Part shown: positions 39,378-49,733 of the stretch, piece by piece
Layout of the letters: the number at the start of each line of letters is the position of its first letter
Position numbering within the stretch: position 1 is the first letter of the stretch
Source: Candidatus Wolfebacteria bacterium
GTDB taxonomy: Bacteria; Patescibacteriota; Minisyncoccia; Phycocordibacterales; EsbW-18
DNA: 58,843 nucleotides
Direction of reading: 5' to 3'
Assembly (NCBI GenBank): GCA_022616195.1
Contig: JAKEFG010000001.1
Location: 1 to 58,843, forward strand
The notes under the pieces: model-generated
Told to the model about the DNA's origin: nothing
The model's database searches: none
The model's input: the letters and a program-made list of their open reading frames with translations, nothing else
Program-made: the position numbers and the translations under genes

Positions 39378-39658
39378 CCTTCCCCTCTCTTTCTTTTTTG
39401 GGTGGATTCCCAATTCCAAAGCGGTCTTTCATCCACCCCCGAAATCAACCGGTTGCGCATACCAGCTGATTCCGAGGGTGGAATGTACTGTTGAGAATAT
39501 TGCAAAGAACTTCTCTCCGACTCCCCGACCGCGTTGCGGTCAGGAAGTCGGAAGAAGTGCCGTCCGTCGCGTATCCAACGCGGAGACAGCACAGGGTGAA
39601 GCGGGGGCACTCCCGCTTCGGGTGAAAAGAACTCAGCACAGTGCCGTGCGGTGGTGGG

Positions 39659-40180
39659 TCAGGCGGGCTGTGGTGGGAGACGAAGTGCCCCCCGCAGGAC
39701 CGTCTCGCCCGCGAATCCGCGGGCGCCCTCCTCATGGACGGCGGCGTACACATACCCGCCGTCCTCCCAGAGGAGCTCGATGTGGCCGTCGGCCCCGATG
39801 GGGCCGAAGAGCTCCTCGGCGCCGCCGAGGAGCTCAGGGTCGTGCTCGGTGAAATCCTCGTTGAGGTCACCGAGCCGCCGGGCGGCGGCGGTCATGTCCT
39901 CGACAGTCCCCGCCAGGTCGTCGAGGTTGATGTCCGCCCACGCCGCCGGCACCTCCCAGCGCTGCCACGACGTGCCCTCGTCGTGGCTCTGGTGGGAGCA
40001 GGTGTCGCTGTGACACCACTCCTCCCACCGGCTTCCGAGATAGCGCCCGCCCGCGGCGGCGAGCGCCTGCTGCAGCTTCGAGGTGGGGTTTTCCACCTCG
40101 ATGACCTCGACCCCGCGCTCGGCGCGGTCGAGGCGGATTGCGGCGGCGAGCGCCTGGAGGGCGCTCTGGATCCTGTTCAT
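39659..40180 (-). CDS. GC-rich acidic orphan protein
   Basis: 173 aa, GAAAGGT SD, strong GC3 bias unlike its neighbours. Confidence 0.7.
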   Translation of the reverse strand: MNRIQSALQALAAAIRLDRAERGVEVIEVENPTSKLQQALAAAGGRYLGSRWEEWCHSDTCSHQSHDEGTSWQRWEVPAAWADINLDDLAGTVEDMTAAARRLGDLNEDFTEHDPELLGGAEELFGPIGADGHIELLWEDGGYVYAAVHEEGARGFAGETVLRGALRLPPQPA

Positions 40181-40341
40181 ATCTTACCTTTCTGCCCCGC
40201 ACAGTCGGGGCACGCTCGGCAGGCCGGTTCATCCGGCCCCCGCCTCTTCCCGCCATCAAGTGACGAGCAAAAGCGGAGACCGGACAACACCACCTCATCT
40301 AGCGATCATTCCGTAATGAGTTAGAAGGTACTCCTGTCCAC

Positions 40342-40369
40342 ATTATACACCCAATACAATTCTTGTCAA
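40342..40369 (-). promoter_or_regulatory. Consensus sigma70 promoter
   Basis: TTGACA-16 nt-TATAAT on the minus strand. Confidence 0.8.
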
Positions 40370-40465
40370 GGGTTTGGGGGTGGGGTAAAAGTAAGGCTCT
40401 ACAAGGTGAGTTTTTCGCACCCTCCCGGTTTCTTTACTTTTGTTTGTTTATGTTACAATCTCGGC

Positions 40466-41440
40466 ATGAGTATTGAGCAGAAAGGAGTGCCTGTCGGCGG
40501 CGGTTCGCCCGATGAAGCAACACGTCGGGCGGTGGACGGAGAAGGTTCAGCCTGGGAAAGAAAAAAACAGCTCGGGAATGAGATGGTAAAGCTTGGAAGA
40601 GAACTCCTCGCCGTTCTTGAAGAAGAATCCGGCACATCTGGAGAAGACAGCCGGAGATTGAGGGATTTGCTTGAACGAGTCGAAGGAATGACAAGCCCTC
40701 GTGCATTGGTAGAAATGATTGAGAACAAAAACATTTTCTTTTCGTATTCTCGTGTTGATGAAGGGATGGTGACCGCATTGCGCAGGAGGTTGGAAAGTTG
40801 GGGAGCAAATCCGTTTCAGGATACGAGTGGAAGCCGGGGAATTAGTTTGGGAGCGGAGCCTAAAGTGGTACGGTCTAGTCCGTACGGGGACATTGTGCGG
40901 CAGGGCGGGCTTGCTTTTCGGAGACCGCCTGCTCTTGGATTTGAACCCAAGCGTACACGCGGGGGCAATCGTGGTGAAGCCGAAATAGATAAGGACGCAG
41001 TAAAAGAAGAGGATGAGGGGATAAGCCGAGGCATTCCTTTAGGTGTTGCATGGAAACCTGCCATCGAGAATGAACTTGCCAAAGGGAATCACGGAATCGC
41101 GGTTCTCTCGAAGAGGGGTCTTGAGAAATTTGATCAGGTGGCGGCGGAGCTTGAAGGAATGCGAAAGCGAGGGGATGTCATACTTCCGGTGTGGGTCGGC
41201 GAAAGTCGAGAGGTACGATCTAAGTTAGAGGAGTGGAAGCGTACTGGCGGAGAGGACGAAAGAGCCGCAGCGGCATTTCTTCTCGGTCTGAATGCGACAC
41301 TGGCAAAGCCGGGGGATTTCAGTGATGACGGAGGAAAACTTGACGCTCTCGGAGAAAAAATTTTGGTCACCTTGAGCGATTTGGAGCGTCGGAAGAAAGA
41401 GGAGGAAGCGGCAAGTCGCAAGCCCGGACTTGGCGGGTAA
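40466..41440 (+). CDS. TIR-domain protein with internal insertion
   Basis: IFFSYSRVD..LESWGANPFQD..IPLGVAWKPAIENEL..IAVLS..VAAEL..ILPVWV. Confidence 0.8.
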   Translation: MSIEQKGVPVGGGSPDEATRRAVDGEGSAWERKKQLGNEMVKLGRELLAVLEEESGTSGEDSRRLRDLLERVEGMTSPRALVEMIENKNIFFSYSRVDEGMVTALRRRLESWGANPFQDTSGSRGISLGAEPKVVRSSPYGDIVRQGGLAFRRPPALGFEPKRTRGGNRGEAEIDKDAVKEEDEGISRGIPLGVAWKPAIENELAKGNHGIAVLSKRGLEKFDQVAAELEGMRKRGDVILPVWVGESREVRSKLEEWKRTGGEDERAAAAFLLGLNATLAKPGDFSDDGGKLDALGEKILVTLSDLERRKKEEEAASRKPGLGG

Positions 41441-41481
41441 GGACAGTATGGTGTCGCTTTCGGGATTTGTATAAATATCCC

Positions 41482-42813
41482 TTACCCCTCAAAACGACTC
41501 ACACTCATGCGGTTGAAGAGTTCTTTCAGGGTCTCGGGGTTGGTGGTGATGATAATGAGGTTCTGTCGCGGGAAGGAGTAGAGCATGCGGATGTCACCTG
41601 CTTTGTTCTGAAGTACCCGCGCGTTGCGGTTGACGATGAGTACATCTTTGAATACATATGGTCCGCTCTCCACCTCAGCGTTCTCAGGAACCGTGTTTGT
41701 CACGGTCTCTTCGGACCCCGAGGTGTCGTCCCCGATTGCTGGTGTGGCGGTTGCCGTAGGCAACCTGTCTCTAACGGGATGAACAAGAAAGGGCAAGTCG
41801 TCTGCCATGAACGGCTCCCACCGCAAAAGTCCCGCGAAGGCGTTTTCGAAGAACGACACGGTAAGAATAAGAAACGGCTCGCTCATCCCCGCAGGAAGTC
41901 GGTGTATACCCACCATGTACTCCGGTTCAACGGAACGCAGGAATGCCGCGTCAATGTGTGTAGCGAAGAGGTTTAAAAATTCGCGCGGGCCGACTGGCGT
42001 GCTCTCTGTACTATTGTCAGCAAGCGTCGCGATGCGTGTTGGGCGTATCACTGTTACTTCGCCTGTGTCACCGGGAAGCGAGTCACGGAGTACTTCCAAG
42101 GTACCCAGAAGCTCGGAGCGAGTGAGGTTGGTAATGTCAAAGTCTGTTTCGTTGTCGGCCGGGACGAGTGTGTCAGTAATCGTTGGCGCATGCAATACCC
42201 CCTGCATTGGCTGGAGCACATAGAGGTAGCCAATGATACCCGTGCCCGCAAGTACCAACACAACACCCAAAACAACAAGGAAAACAGAGAGACCGGAATG
42301 TTTTTCTTCGCCCGCCTCCACGCCCACCCGTTCCTCACCACCCTCTTCTCGCCGTTGCTGTTCGGCGATTGCGATGTCGGCAATTGAGGTCTGGCGGCTC
42401 CGCACCGCGTCGGCGACGTCGCCGTAATAGGTACGTATGGAACTTTCCCGCCCGTGCTTGAGCGCCGCTGATTTGTCGTCGGCCTCGTCCAGGTCAAGTA
42501 TTTCGGACTCGGCCGGTTTGTCCGGAACCGTTTTTTTGGTCTTGTCTGGAAGTGGTGTGTGCTTCGTTTCTGGCTTGGGAGAAGTCATCGGTTTTTCCAG
42601 CGATGATTCAGAGGAAATACTGGTTGCTTGTGCTTTGGGCCGTATCGGCACCTCACCGCCTACGGCAGGCGTCTGCGCCATGAGTTCTTCTATTTCCTGC
42701 TGCAACAGGCGCTCTCCTGGCGGAGTAATACCTTCGTCAGGCACGTTGTTCTTAGAAGCGCCGCGGCCCACTGCGTCGGGGACGATGTTCTCCTCGTTCG
42801 GGTCGTGGTCCAT
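41482..42813 (-). CDS. Single-TM hypothetical protein
   Basis: Disordered N-terminus, IRTYYGDVA, TM, FENAFAGLLRWE; start overlaps the pnp end. Confidence 0.75.
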   Translation of the reverse strand: MDHDPNEENIVPDAVGRGASKNNVPDEGITPPGERLLQQEIEELMAQTPAVGGEVPIRPKAQATSISSESSLEKPMTSPKPETKHTPLPDKTKKTVPDKPAESEILDLDEADDKSAALKHGRESSIRTYYGDVADAVRSRQTSIADIAIAEQQRREEGGEERVGVEAGEEKHSGLSVFLVVLGVVLVLAGTGIIGYLYVLQPMQGVLHAPTITDTLVPADNETDFDITNLTRSELLGTLEVLRDSLPGDTGEVTVIRPTRIATLADNSTESTPVGPREFLNLFATHIDAAFLRSVEPEYMVGIHRLPAGMSEPFLILTVSFFENAFAGLLRWEPFMADDLPFLVHPVRDRLPTATATPAIGDDTSGSEETVTNTVPENAEVESGPYVFKDVLIVNRNARVLQNKAGDIRMLYSFPRQNLIIITTNPETLKELFNRMSVSRFEG

Positions 42814-44980
42814 AGTTTTGTTGTCCTGGGGGTGCTGGCGTCACACCTTTGCGTGACGCGAATTCCGGGTCAGCATCCTTGATGGATAGGTTTATTCTAC
42901 CGTGTTCGTCTATTTCTTTCACTATCACCGGGACTGTTTCGCCCACCGCGACAACGTCGGTTACCGCATTCACGCGGAACGGGGCGAGCTCGGATATGTG
43001 CACCATTCCCTCGCTGTCAAAACCGTTCCCCAAGGGACTTGCGCTTCCCAGGCGCACGAACGCACCGAAGTCAAGAATGCGCGTTACTTCACCCTGAAAC
43101 CGATCGCCACGCTGATGTTCGTGGGTTATCTGCTCAATGAGCTCTTTGGCGCGCGCCGTGCCGCCGTTACCGTTCTTGCCCGTGATATACACGGTCCCGT
43201 CGTCCTCGATATCAATTTCCGTTCCCGTGAGATCTTTGATGGCGTTCACGGTCTTGCCGCCGCCGCCGATGACGAGCCCTATCTTCGTTGGGTTGATTTT
43301 GATCACCTCAATGCGTGGTGCGCGCGGCGAAAGTTCGGCGCGCGGCGCGGGAATTGCATCAGTGATAACCTTTAGGATCTTCAGCCGTGCCACACGTGCT
43401 GCCCCAAGTGCTTCCGCGAGAATTGCTACGGGCACACCTGCCACTTTAATATCCATCTGCATCGCAGTAATGCCACGTAGGGTTCCGGCAACCTTAAGGT
43501 CCATGTCACCATGGTGGTCTTCCGGACCCTGAATATCGGTGAGCACTCTATAGTTCTTTTCGTCCCGCATCATGAGTCCCATGGCAATGCCGGCAACCGG
43601 CGCGGTAATGGGAACCCCGGCATCCATGAGCGCGAGTGTCGAGCCGCAGACGCTTCCCATGGAGGTGGAGCCGTTTGAGGCGAACGCTTCGGAAACGATG
43701 CGAATCGTGTATGGAAACATTTCAACAGAAGGGATGACTGCCTTCAGTGCCTTTTCAGCGAGCGCGCCGTGTCCTATCATTCGTCGATTGAATCCGCCGA
43801 TGCGCCCGGTCTCTCCGGTTGAGAACGGCGGGAAGTTGTAGTGGTGCATGAAGCGCTTCTTTCCCTGTATCTCCATGCCGTCAATGATGAGTGAGTCCTG
43901 TGGGCCGCCTAAGGTAAGTGCGGAGAAAATGTGCGTGCCGCCGCGGTAGAAAATGCCCGAGCCGTGGAGCATTTCGGAAATACCCCCGGGTTGTGCGAAG
44001 AGCGGGCGGAGTTCATCAAACGCTCTGCCGTCAACACGCTCATTCCGCTCAAGCGCCCCGCGATGCACCGCCTCGTCAATCGCGCTCTGGAGAAGCGCCG
44101 CGGCAAGGGACGGGTTTTCATCGGGGAGCTTTTCGCGAACAAGGGCATTCCACTTCTCGCCGAGTTCCCGAATGGCGTCTTTTCCCGGCGCTCTGGTAAA
44201 TATTGCCTCGTCAATCTGCGGACGAGCCTCGCTCTCAAAGAGCGCCTGCGTTTCGTCGGAAACAGTTTCAATGGAGATGTCGCGCTTGGATACCTTTCTG
44301 TCGGCGATGATGCCCTCCTGAAACTTTTGGAGATTCGCGAGCTCTCCCACCGCAGTTTCAAGCCCGAGGGTGACAACATTCTCCTCCGCCTCATTTGCGC
44401 CGGTTTCAATCATAGTGATGAGTCCCTCGCGTCCGCAGACAAGGAGGTCAATCTCATTCCCGGTGTTCTCGCGAGAGGCATAGTCGGGGTTTATCACCCA
44501 CGCCGACTCTCCTTTGTGTCTGCCGACGCGCACCGCCGAAACAGGGCCGTCCCACGGAATGTCGGAGGTCGCGAGCGCTAAGGACGCGGCGTTCACCGCA
44601 AGTGTATCGGGGTCGTCCTCCCCGACGGAGAGCACGGTGATGACCACCTGCACTTCGTTCCTGATGTCGTGGTTGAATAGCGGACGGATGGTGCGGTCTA
44701 CTGCACGACCGGAGAGCACTGCTTCGTCTGACGGCCTCCCCTCGCGTCGCATAAAGCGCGACCCGAGGATTTGCCCCGCCGCGTAGAAACGCTCCTCGTA
44801 CTCAACCGTGAGCGGAAAGTAATCAAGCCCCTCGCGCCGGCCTCCCATGACGGCGGTCGCAAGGACGACCGTATTGCCGTAGCGAAGCATGACCGAGCCG
44901 TTCGCCTGGTCCGCGAGGTCAGTGAATGTTGCTGTGAGTGTCTTACCGCCGATTTCGGTGGAGTATTCTTTTGTATGCAT
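42752..44980 (-). CDS. pnp: Polynucleotide phosphorylase
   Basis: FMHHYNFPPFSTGE, SNGSTSMGSVC, GDMDLKVAG, KH and S1 domains. Confidence 0.98.
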   Translation of the reverse strand: MHTKEYSTEIGGKTLTATFTDLADQANGSVMLRYGNTVVLATAVMGGRREGLDYFPLTVEYEERFYAAGQILGSRFMRREGRPSDEAVLSGRAVDRTIRPLFNHDIRNEVQVVITVLSVGEDDPDTLAVNAASLALATSDIPWDGPVSAVRVGRHKGESAWVINPDYASRENTGNEIDLLVCGREGLITMIETGANEAEENVVTLGLETAVGELANLQKFQEGIIADRKVSKRDISIETVSDETQALFESEARPQIDEAIFTRAPGKDAIRELGEKWNALVREKLPDENPSLAAALLQSAIDEAVHRGALERNERVDGRAFDELRPLFAQPGGISEMLHGSGIFYRGGTHIFSALTLGGPQDSLIIDGMEIQGKKRFMHHYNFPPFSTGETGRIGGFNRRMIGHGALAEKALKAVIPSVEMFPYTIRIVSEAFASNGSTSMGSVCGSTLALMDAGVPITAPVAGIAMGLMMRDEKNYRVLTDIQGPEDHHGDMDLKVAGTLRGITAMQMDIKVAGVPVAILAEALGAARVARLKILKVITDAIPAPRAELSPRAPRIEVIKINPTKIGLVIGGGGKTVNAIKDLTGTEIDIEDDGTVYITGKNGNGGTARAKELIEQITHEHQRGDRFQGEVTRILDFGAFVRLGSASPLGNGFDSEGMVHISELAPFRVNAVTDVVAVGETVPVIVKEIDEHGRINLSIKDADPEFASRKGVTPAPPGQQNYGPRPERGEHRPRRSGPRRF

Positions 44981-44994
44981 GTGTGAGTACCTTG

Positions 44995-45076
44995 CCCACA
45001 CAGGAGAAGTCAGAAATGAGAATGCGGGAGGTTACGCTCACACCCTCTCATCTCTAACCTCTGAGGTCTGTATGGG
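44995..45076 (-). promoter_or_regulatory. Long pnp leader hairpin (candidate RNase III site)
   Basis: Minus strand CCCATACAG..AGAGGTTAGAGATGAGA pairs with TCTCATTTCTGACTTCT..CTGTGTGGG. Confidence 0.55.
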
Positions 45077-45158
45077 TCTTAGGATAGTTATCCTGAGTCG
45101 TAATGTGTTCAATATAGCAGGTTTTAGTGTTATGGAAAAGTTTTCTAAGCCGAATCAT

Positions 45159-45218
45159 CAAAAAACACCGGAAATAGAGTGTCCGAATGGGAGGACACTC
45201 TATTTCCGGTGTTTTTTG
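45159..45218. terminator. 26-bp-stem terminator after the NYN gene
   Basis: CAAAAAACACCGGAAATAGAGTGTCC..GGACACTCTATTTCCGGTGTTTTTTG. Confidence 0.85.
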
Positions 45219-45233
45219 GGTGCACTTTGACCA

Positions 45234-45776
45234 CTAGCCTCGTCCTGGAATCCAGCTGCGTCCGGTTTTCGGAATGAGAAACTTTTTGGGGTCATCGTCC
45301 ATATCGATAAAGTCGTCCGCAGCCTCCTTGAGACGCGCCGATGACGATTTGCCGAAGGCAATCACCTCTACTTGGCACCCGTGGTTCATCTGAATGTACT
45401 CAACCAATGGTACATAGTCGCCGTCGCCCGACGCAATCACCACTGCGTCAAGCTTAGACGCGAGCGTGATGGCATCAACCGCGAGCCCAACGTCCCAGTC
45501 GGCTTTCTTGGCACCACCTGCGAATATCTGCAGGTCTTTTACTTTCGTTTCAATGCCGAGTTTTCCGAGCGCCTCAAAGAATGCCTTTTCCTCGCCCGAC
45601 TCGGTCGCGATGACGTATGCAACTGCGCGAATGAGCTGACGGTCACCGACCGCCGCCTTGAGCACTTCTTTGAAATTCACCCGAGAACCGTTGTAGATGT
45701 TTTTGGCGCTGTGGTAGAGATTCTGCGTGTCAATGAAGACCGCAACTCGCTGCGCCTTATGCTTTATAACACTCAT
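45234..45776 (-). CDS. NYN-domain (LabA/DUF88) protein
   Basis: FIDTQNLY, KADWDVGLAVD, SGDGDYVPLV, LKEAADDFID. Confidence 0.92.
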   Translation of the reverse strand: MSVIKHKAQRVAVFIDTQNLYHSAKNIYNGSRVNFKEVLKAAVGDRQLIRAVAYVIATESGEEKAFFEALGKLGIETKVKDLQIFAGGAKKADWDVGLAVDAITLASKLDAVVIASGDGDYVPLVEYIQMNHGCQVEVIAFGKSSSARLKEAADDFIDMDDDPKKFLIPKTGRSWIPGRG

Positions 45777-45853
45777 ATGGAAATGAAAAAATCAAACATT
45801 AAAAATAAAAGAACAATCTTAAAAACTAGGAACTCAAGATTACTGTTAAAGAA

Positions 45854-46114
45854 CTACTCTTTTACTTTTTTTGCAGCTTCCTCGTAGCGTGAGGGGGATT
45901 TCTTTTTAAGATAGTTCAAATGCGTGCGGCGTTTTGACACCATGCCGAGCAGACCACGTCGAGAGTGTTTGTCCTTACGATTTCGTTTCAGGTGCGTGGC
46001 GAGCTCTTTGATTTTTCTGCTCAAGAGCGATATCTGTACTTCGGGAGAGCCGGTGTCGGTCTCGTGCGTCTGTGACTCCTTGATGAGTTGTTGCTTGTCG
46101 TCTTTTTTCAGCAT
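45854..46114 (-). CDS. rpsO: 30S ribosomal protein S15
   Basis: [28 protein letters not shown]. Confidence 0.98.
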   Translation of the reverse strand: MLKKDDKQQLIKESQTHETDTGSPEVQISLLSRKIKELATHLKRNRKDKHSRRGLLGMVSKRRTHLNYLKKKSPSRYEEAAKKVKE

Positions 46115-46187
46115 GTTCTTGGTACGGAGTAGTATAGCAAATTTTGATGATATGCAAAAAACGGTGGGATGTCGATTACGCACACGG

Positions 46188-46880
46188 TCAATCCTTCTTG
46201 GAAAACATTTCCGACACCCCTCTCCCAAAACGCTCCCCGCGAACGATAAGCCCCCGCCCCTTTTGAGCAAGAAGGATGCAGAGTGTAAGCCAAAAGACAC
46301 CGACCGCAACCCCCGCAAGAACATCAGAGAGCCAGTGAGCGCCAAGGTAGACACGGCTTCCCGCGACGGCGAGCGCGCCCAGTATACAGAGCCCGGTGTA
46401 CAGCGTGTGCAGGAAAGGGCGTGGCCGTGAAGAGGCCAGCACATAAATGAGGACGCCAAAGATAATGGTTGCCGCGATAGTATGTCCGCTCGGAAAGCTC
46501 CAGACGCTCGATACGTCAACGAGAGCGACGGGCGGGCGCGGTGCCCGGAGCGCGGTTTTGGTTACGAATTCGGTGAGGTAACCGAGGGCGGATGCCCCAA
46601 GGAGTACAAACACCGCGCCCGCCCTACGGCGCCACAGGAGGACAATCGCGAGAAGCGCGAGAGTGGGAATAATGGCAAACCACGAGAAAAGATGAGTTAC
46701 TATCGTTGCGGCGAGAATCCACGCCGGTTGCCAGAGCTCCCGAACACGTTCGTACACCTCTATGTCAAAGAGGCGCGTGTGTTCTCCCGACACGGCGACG
46801 AGTAGTACGAGAAAGAGGATAAGAGAGGTAAGGTTAAAGAGAAGGATGCAGAGGCGGTGTCTGTGTACGTGCACTGACAT
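46188..46880 (-). CDS. PAP2-family membrane phosphatase
   Basis: [27 protein letters not shown]. Confidence 0.92.
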   Translation of the reverse strand: MSVHVHRHRLCILLFNLTSLILFLVLLVAVSGEHTRLFDIEVYERVRELWQPAWILAATIVTHLFSWFAIIPTLALLAIVLLWRRRAGAVFVLLGASALGYLTEFVTKTALRAPRPPVALVDVSSVWSFPSGHTIAATIIFGVLIYVLASSRPRPFLHTLYTGLCILGALAVAGSRVYLGAHWLSDVLAGVAVGVFWLTLCILLAQKGRGLIVRGERFGRGVSEMFSKKD

Positions 46881-47011
46881 GTTTTGTTCGGCGCATTGTT
46901 ACTGTTGTGTAGTGTAGCACCCTTACCATAACACGCGTCCAAGAGGTATAATATTGTGCGACCCTACGTGTTATGTTGTTTTATGTTGTAAAGAAAGGTT
47001 AGGCAGAAACC

Positions 47012-47917
47012 ATGGAGCTCCAACGACTCAAACGGGAATTTCTCGAATACCTTGAAGTTGAAAAAGGACGGAGTTTGAAAACGGTCGCGAACTACGAGCG
47101 GTATTTGAATCGTTTTCTTGGAGAGAGCGGTGTGTTATTTCCAGGTGACATTACTGATGAGACGGTCCGTCGCTTCCGCCTCTGGCTTAACCGGCAGAGC
47201 GATGGCAAGGGCGGCACACTCAAGAAGAAAACCCAAAACTACTACTTGATTGCGCTTCGTGCGTTTCTCAAATATCTCGCGCGGCGGAGCATTCCCTCAC
47301 TTCCTCCAGAGCGTATAGAACTTGCCAAGTCACCGGAACGCTCGCTTGACCTCATATCGGCAGATGAGCTTGGGCGGCTCCTCAAAGCACCCCAAGGAAG
47401 CGATCTCAAGTCGCTCCGTGACCGAGCGCTTCTTGAACTTTTGTTTTCAACTGGCATGCGCGTGTCGGAGCTTTGCTCACTTAATCGCGATCTTGATCTT
47501 GGAAGGGACGAGCTTTCCATCCGCGGCAAGGGCGAGAAAGTGCGCGTGGTATTTCTCTCTTCTGCCGCCAAAAACACCGTCAAGACATATCTGGCGAAAC
47601 GGAGCGACATGGACGAGGCGCTCTTTGTTCGACTTGGGAGGGGTGTTCCTAAAGAGGGGTCACTTCGCCTCACTCCCCGCTCGGTGGAGCGCATCGTGAA
47701 GCACTACGCGGTGAAGGCGGGCATTACTCGCAAAGTGACGCCGCACATCATCCGTCACTCGTTTGCTACCGATTTGCTGGAGAACGGCGCCGATTTGCGA
47801 AGCGTGCAGGCGCTGTTGGGGCATGCCAACATCGCGACCACCCAGGTCTATACCCACGTAACCGACAAACATCTCCGGGAGGTGCATAAAGCTTTCCACA
47901 ACAGGCGGTGCGGATAG
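47012..47917 (+). CDS. XerC/XerD-like tyrosine recombinase
   Basis: RDRALLELLFSTGMRVSEL, GKGEK, TPHIIRHSFAT, LLGH..TTQVYTHV. Confidence 0.95.
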   Translation: MELQRLKREFLEYLEVEKGRSLKTVANYERYLNRFLGESGVLFPGDITDETVRRFRLWLNRQSDGKGGTLKKKTQNYYLIALRAFLKYLARRSIPSLPPERIELAKSPERSLDLISADELGRLLKAPQGSDLKSLRDRALLELLFSTGMRVSELCSLNRDLDLGRDELSIRGKGEKVRVVFLSSAAKNTVKTYLAKRSDMDEALFVRLGRGVPKEGSLRLTPRSVERIVKHYAVKAGITRKVTPHIIRHSFATDLLENGADLRSVQALLGHANIATTQVYTHVTDKHLREVHKAFHNRRCG

Positions 47918-47985
47918 TGTTGTATGGGGGTATACTGTGCGTAAGGGTTTTTACATCATTACCCATCGATTTCCATACTATAAGT

Positions 47986-49716
47986 ATGAACAGTATGAAC
48001 ACTCGTCTTACCTTTTCTCTACTTGTTGCGGTGCTCTTTGTGGCACCGGCATATATATTAGTACCAGGGGCTCTTGCGCAGACCTGTTTTCCTCCGCCCC
48101 CAGACAATATTTCAATTCAGGCGCAAGGTGCGACGAATAACTATGGTGTAAGTGGCAGAAGCATCTCAATGACTCAGGGTGTCTCATTCAGTGCTAATAT
48201 CCAGACGCTTGGTATTAGTGGCCCGCTCTCTATCAGCGTCACCGGACTACCGCCCGGGGTTACCCAGAAAGCGAATCCGCTCTATCCGCTCGGGGGTCCG
48301 ATATTCTCCGGTACTCCGACGCAAACAGGTACGTATTCTACGCTTATCACACTTGAGAATGACTGCGGCGATGGCTCATATACTGTTCCATTTGTTGTGA
48401 GTACACCAACGGGCGGTGGTGCACCACCCACACCTACACCCACGCCCCCAACTGGAGGAACACCGTCAGGACAAAGCGGCGTCCCAGGTCAGCTCCTCCG
48501 AACACTTCTTGAGCAGCCGCTCTGTGCTTTTAAAATCTGCGCAAATGATGAGCCGCTCCTTCTGACGGGACGATACAGCCCGAGCGGACACTTTGTTGTT
48601 TCCGGACATGTAACCGTGGAGGGCCGTCAGGGCGTTTGGGCGTTTGCGGAAAATGGGAATTCGGCGGGGATTGGCAACTTGGCGCGGGATGTCGGGGTTA
48701 CGTTTGTGGATGTTCACAATCAGGGCATACGGCCGATGTTGGAGTTTAATGGGAGTTCGGGGTTTGTTCACTCTGTAAGGCCTTCCAGTCCGGCTCTCTC
48801 CTACTATGAATTTTCTGGAGGGAAACTTGCGCATCGTTCGCGTGTTGTAGATATACTTGATCAATCTGGGAATTCACTGTCGCACGACAGCGATTTTGCG
48901 GTTGCAAACGGCTATGTGGCGTTACGATACCGTACCCCACCTAATGAGCTTGTGGTATATCGCCTTCCCGATCTCATCGAAGTAAGCAGCCACTCGTCTT
49001 CGCTCGTGCCGATGATGGGCGTTGGCAATTTCATCGTTGCGGCCGCGAATAATGCCGCGAGCGCACAGGTAGGGCTCTATCGGATGGAGAGCAGTGGCGA
49101 GATAGTGTTTGTGCAGAATCTTTCGGAACTCACGCGATTTTCTGCGTTGGTTAATGATGTTGATGACAGCAGCAGCCCGCGACGTGTTCACTTTCTTGAT
49201 TATCGGTTTGTCGGATCGCCGGCCGTAGATTTAATTACCTATAGTGTAAGCACGGCGGGATTTGATTTCGTCGGAAGGCAGACAATTCAGTTTCCCCCAG
49301 AGTTTGTCACATCGGCAGGAACGGGGGGAAGAGGGTTCCATCCCTTCGCGGTGAGCGGTGGCACGATGGCATTTGCAATGTGTGAGAGAAACCGAACCGT
49401 ATCAAACGGAACCTGCGGAGCAGGTGTGTACATCAACGGCAATTACGCAGGCCTTGTTCCTGCCCCATCATTTACCGATTCGGTGGAGGGCGAGTATGGC
49501 CGCGGCCAGGCGGTCCTTGGCGTGGACATCGCGCCCTCCGGCAGGATGGTTGTGGTGAATAGATTTGGCGCCCAGCTTTGGCAGGTTGGCGCGAGCACCC
49601 CCGTTCCCGGTACAGGAGTCCCTGGCGCTCCCGGCACGGGTATTGACGTGAGTGTCTATCTTGATATTGCGCGGCAGTACATTGAGGTACTCAAACTGTT
49701 CTTCAACGCGCGGTAG
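47986..49716 (+). CDS. Secreted protein with Ig-like domain, Pro/Thr linker and probable beta-propeller
   Basis: Signal peptide; GLPPGV..FSGTPTQTGTY Ig-type motif; beta-rich C-terminal region. Confidence 0.75.
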   Translation: MNSMNTRLTFSLLVAVLFVAPAYILVPGALAQTCFPPPPDNISIQAQGATNNYGVSGRSISMTQGVSFSANIQTLGISGPLSISVTGLPPGVTQKANPLYPLGGPIFSGTPTQTGTYSTLITLENDCGDGSYTVPFVVSTPTGGGAPPTPTPTPPTGGTPSGQSGVPGQLLRTLLEQPLCAFKICANDEPLLLTGRYSPSGHFVVSGHVTVEGRQGVWAFAENGNSAGIGNLARDVGVTFVDVHNQGIRPMLEFNGSSGFVHSVRPSSPALSYYEFSGGKLAHRSRVVDILDQSGNSLSHDSDFAVANGYVALRYRTPPNELVVYRLPDLIEVSSHSSSLVPMMGVGNFIVAAANNAASAQVGLYRMESSGEIVFVQNLSELTRFSALVNDVDDSSSPRRVHFLDYRFVGSPAVDLITYSVSTAGFDFVGRQTIQFPPEFVTSAGTGGRGFHPFAVSGGTMAFAMCERNRTVSNGTCGAGVYINGNYAGLVPAPSFTDSVEGEYGRGQAVLGVDIAPSGRMVVVNRFGAQLWQVGASTPVPGTGVPGAPGTGIDVSVYLDIARQYIEVLKLFFNAR

Positions 49717-49733
49717 TGGTGGTTTATTCGGGT

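Noticed and set aside
45781-45838. A-rich quasi-repeats between rpsO and the NYN gene
   Set aside because: Too degenerate to separate from ordinary AT-rich intergenic sequence.
47012-49716. Integrated element driven by the tyrosine recombinase
   Set aside because: The protein looks like a housekeeping Xer; no att repeats or phage/plasmid genes nearby.
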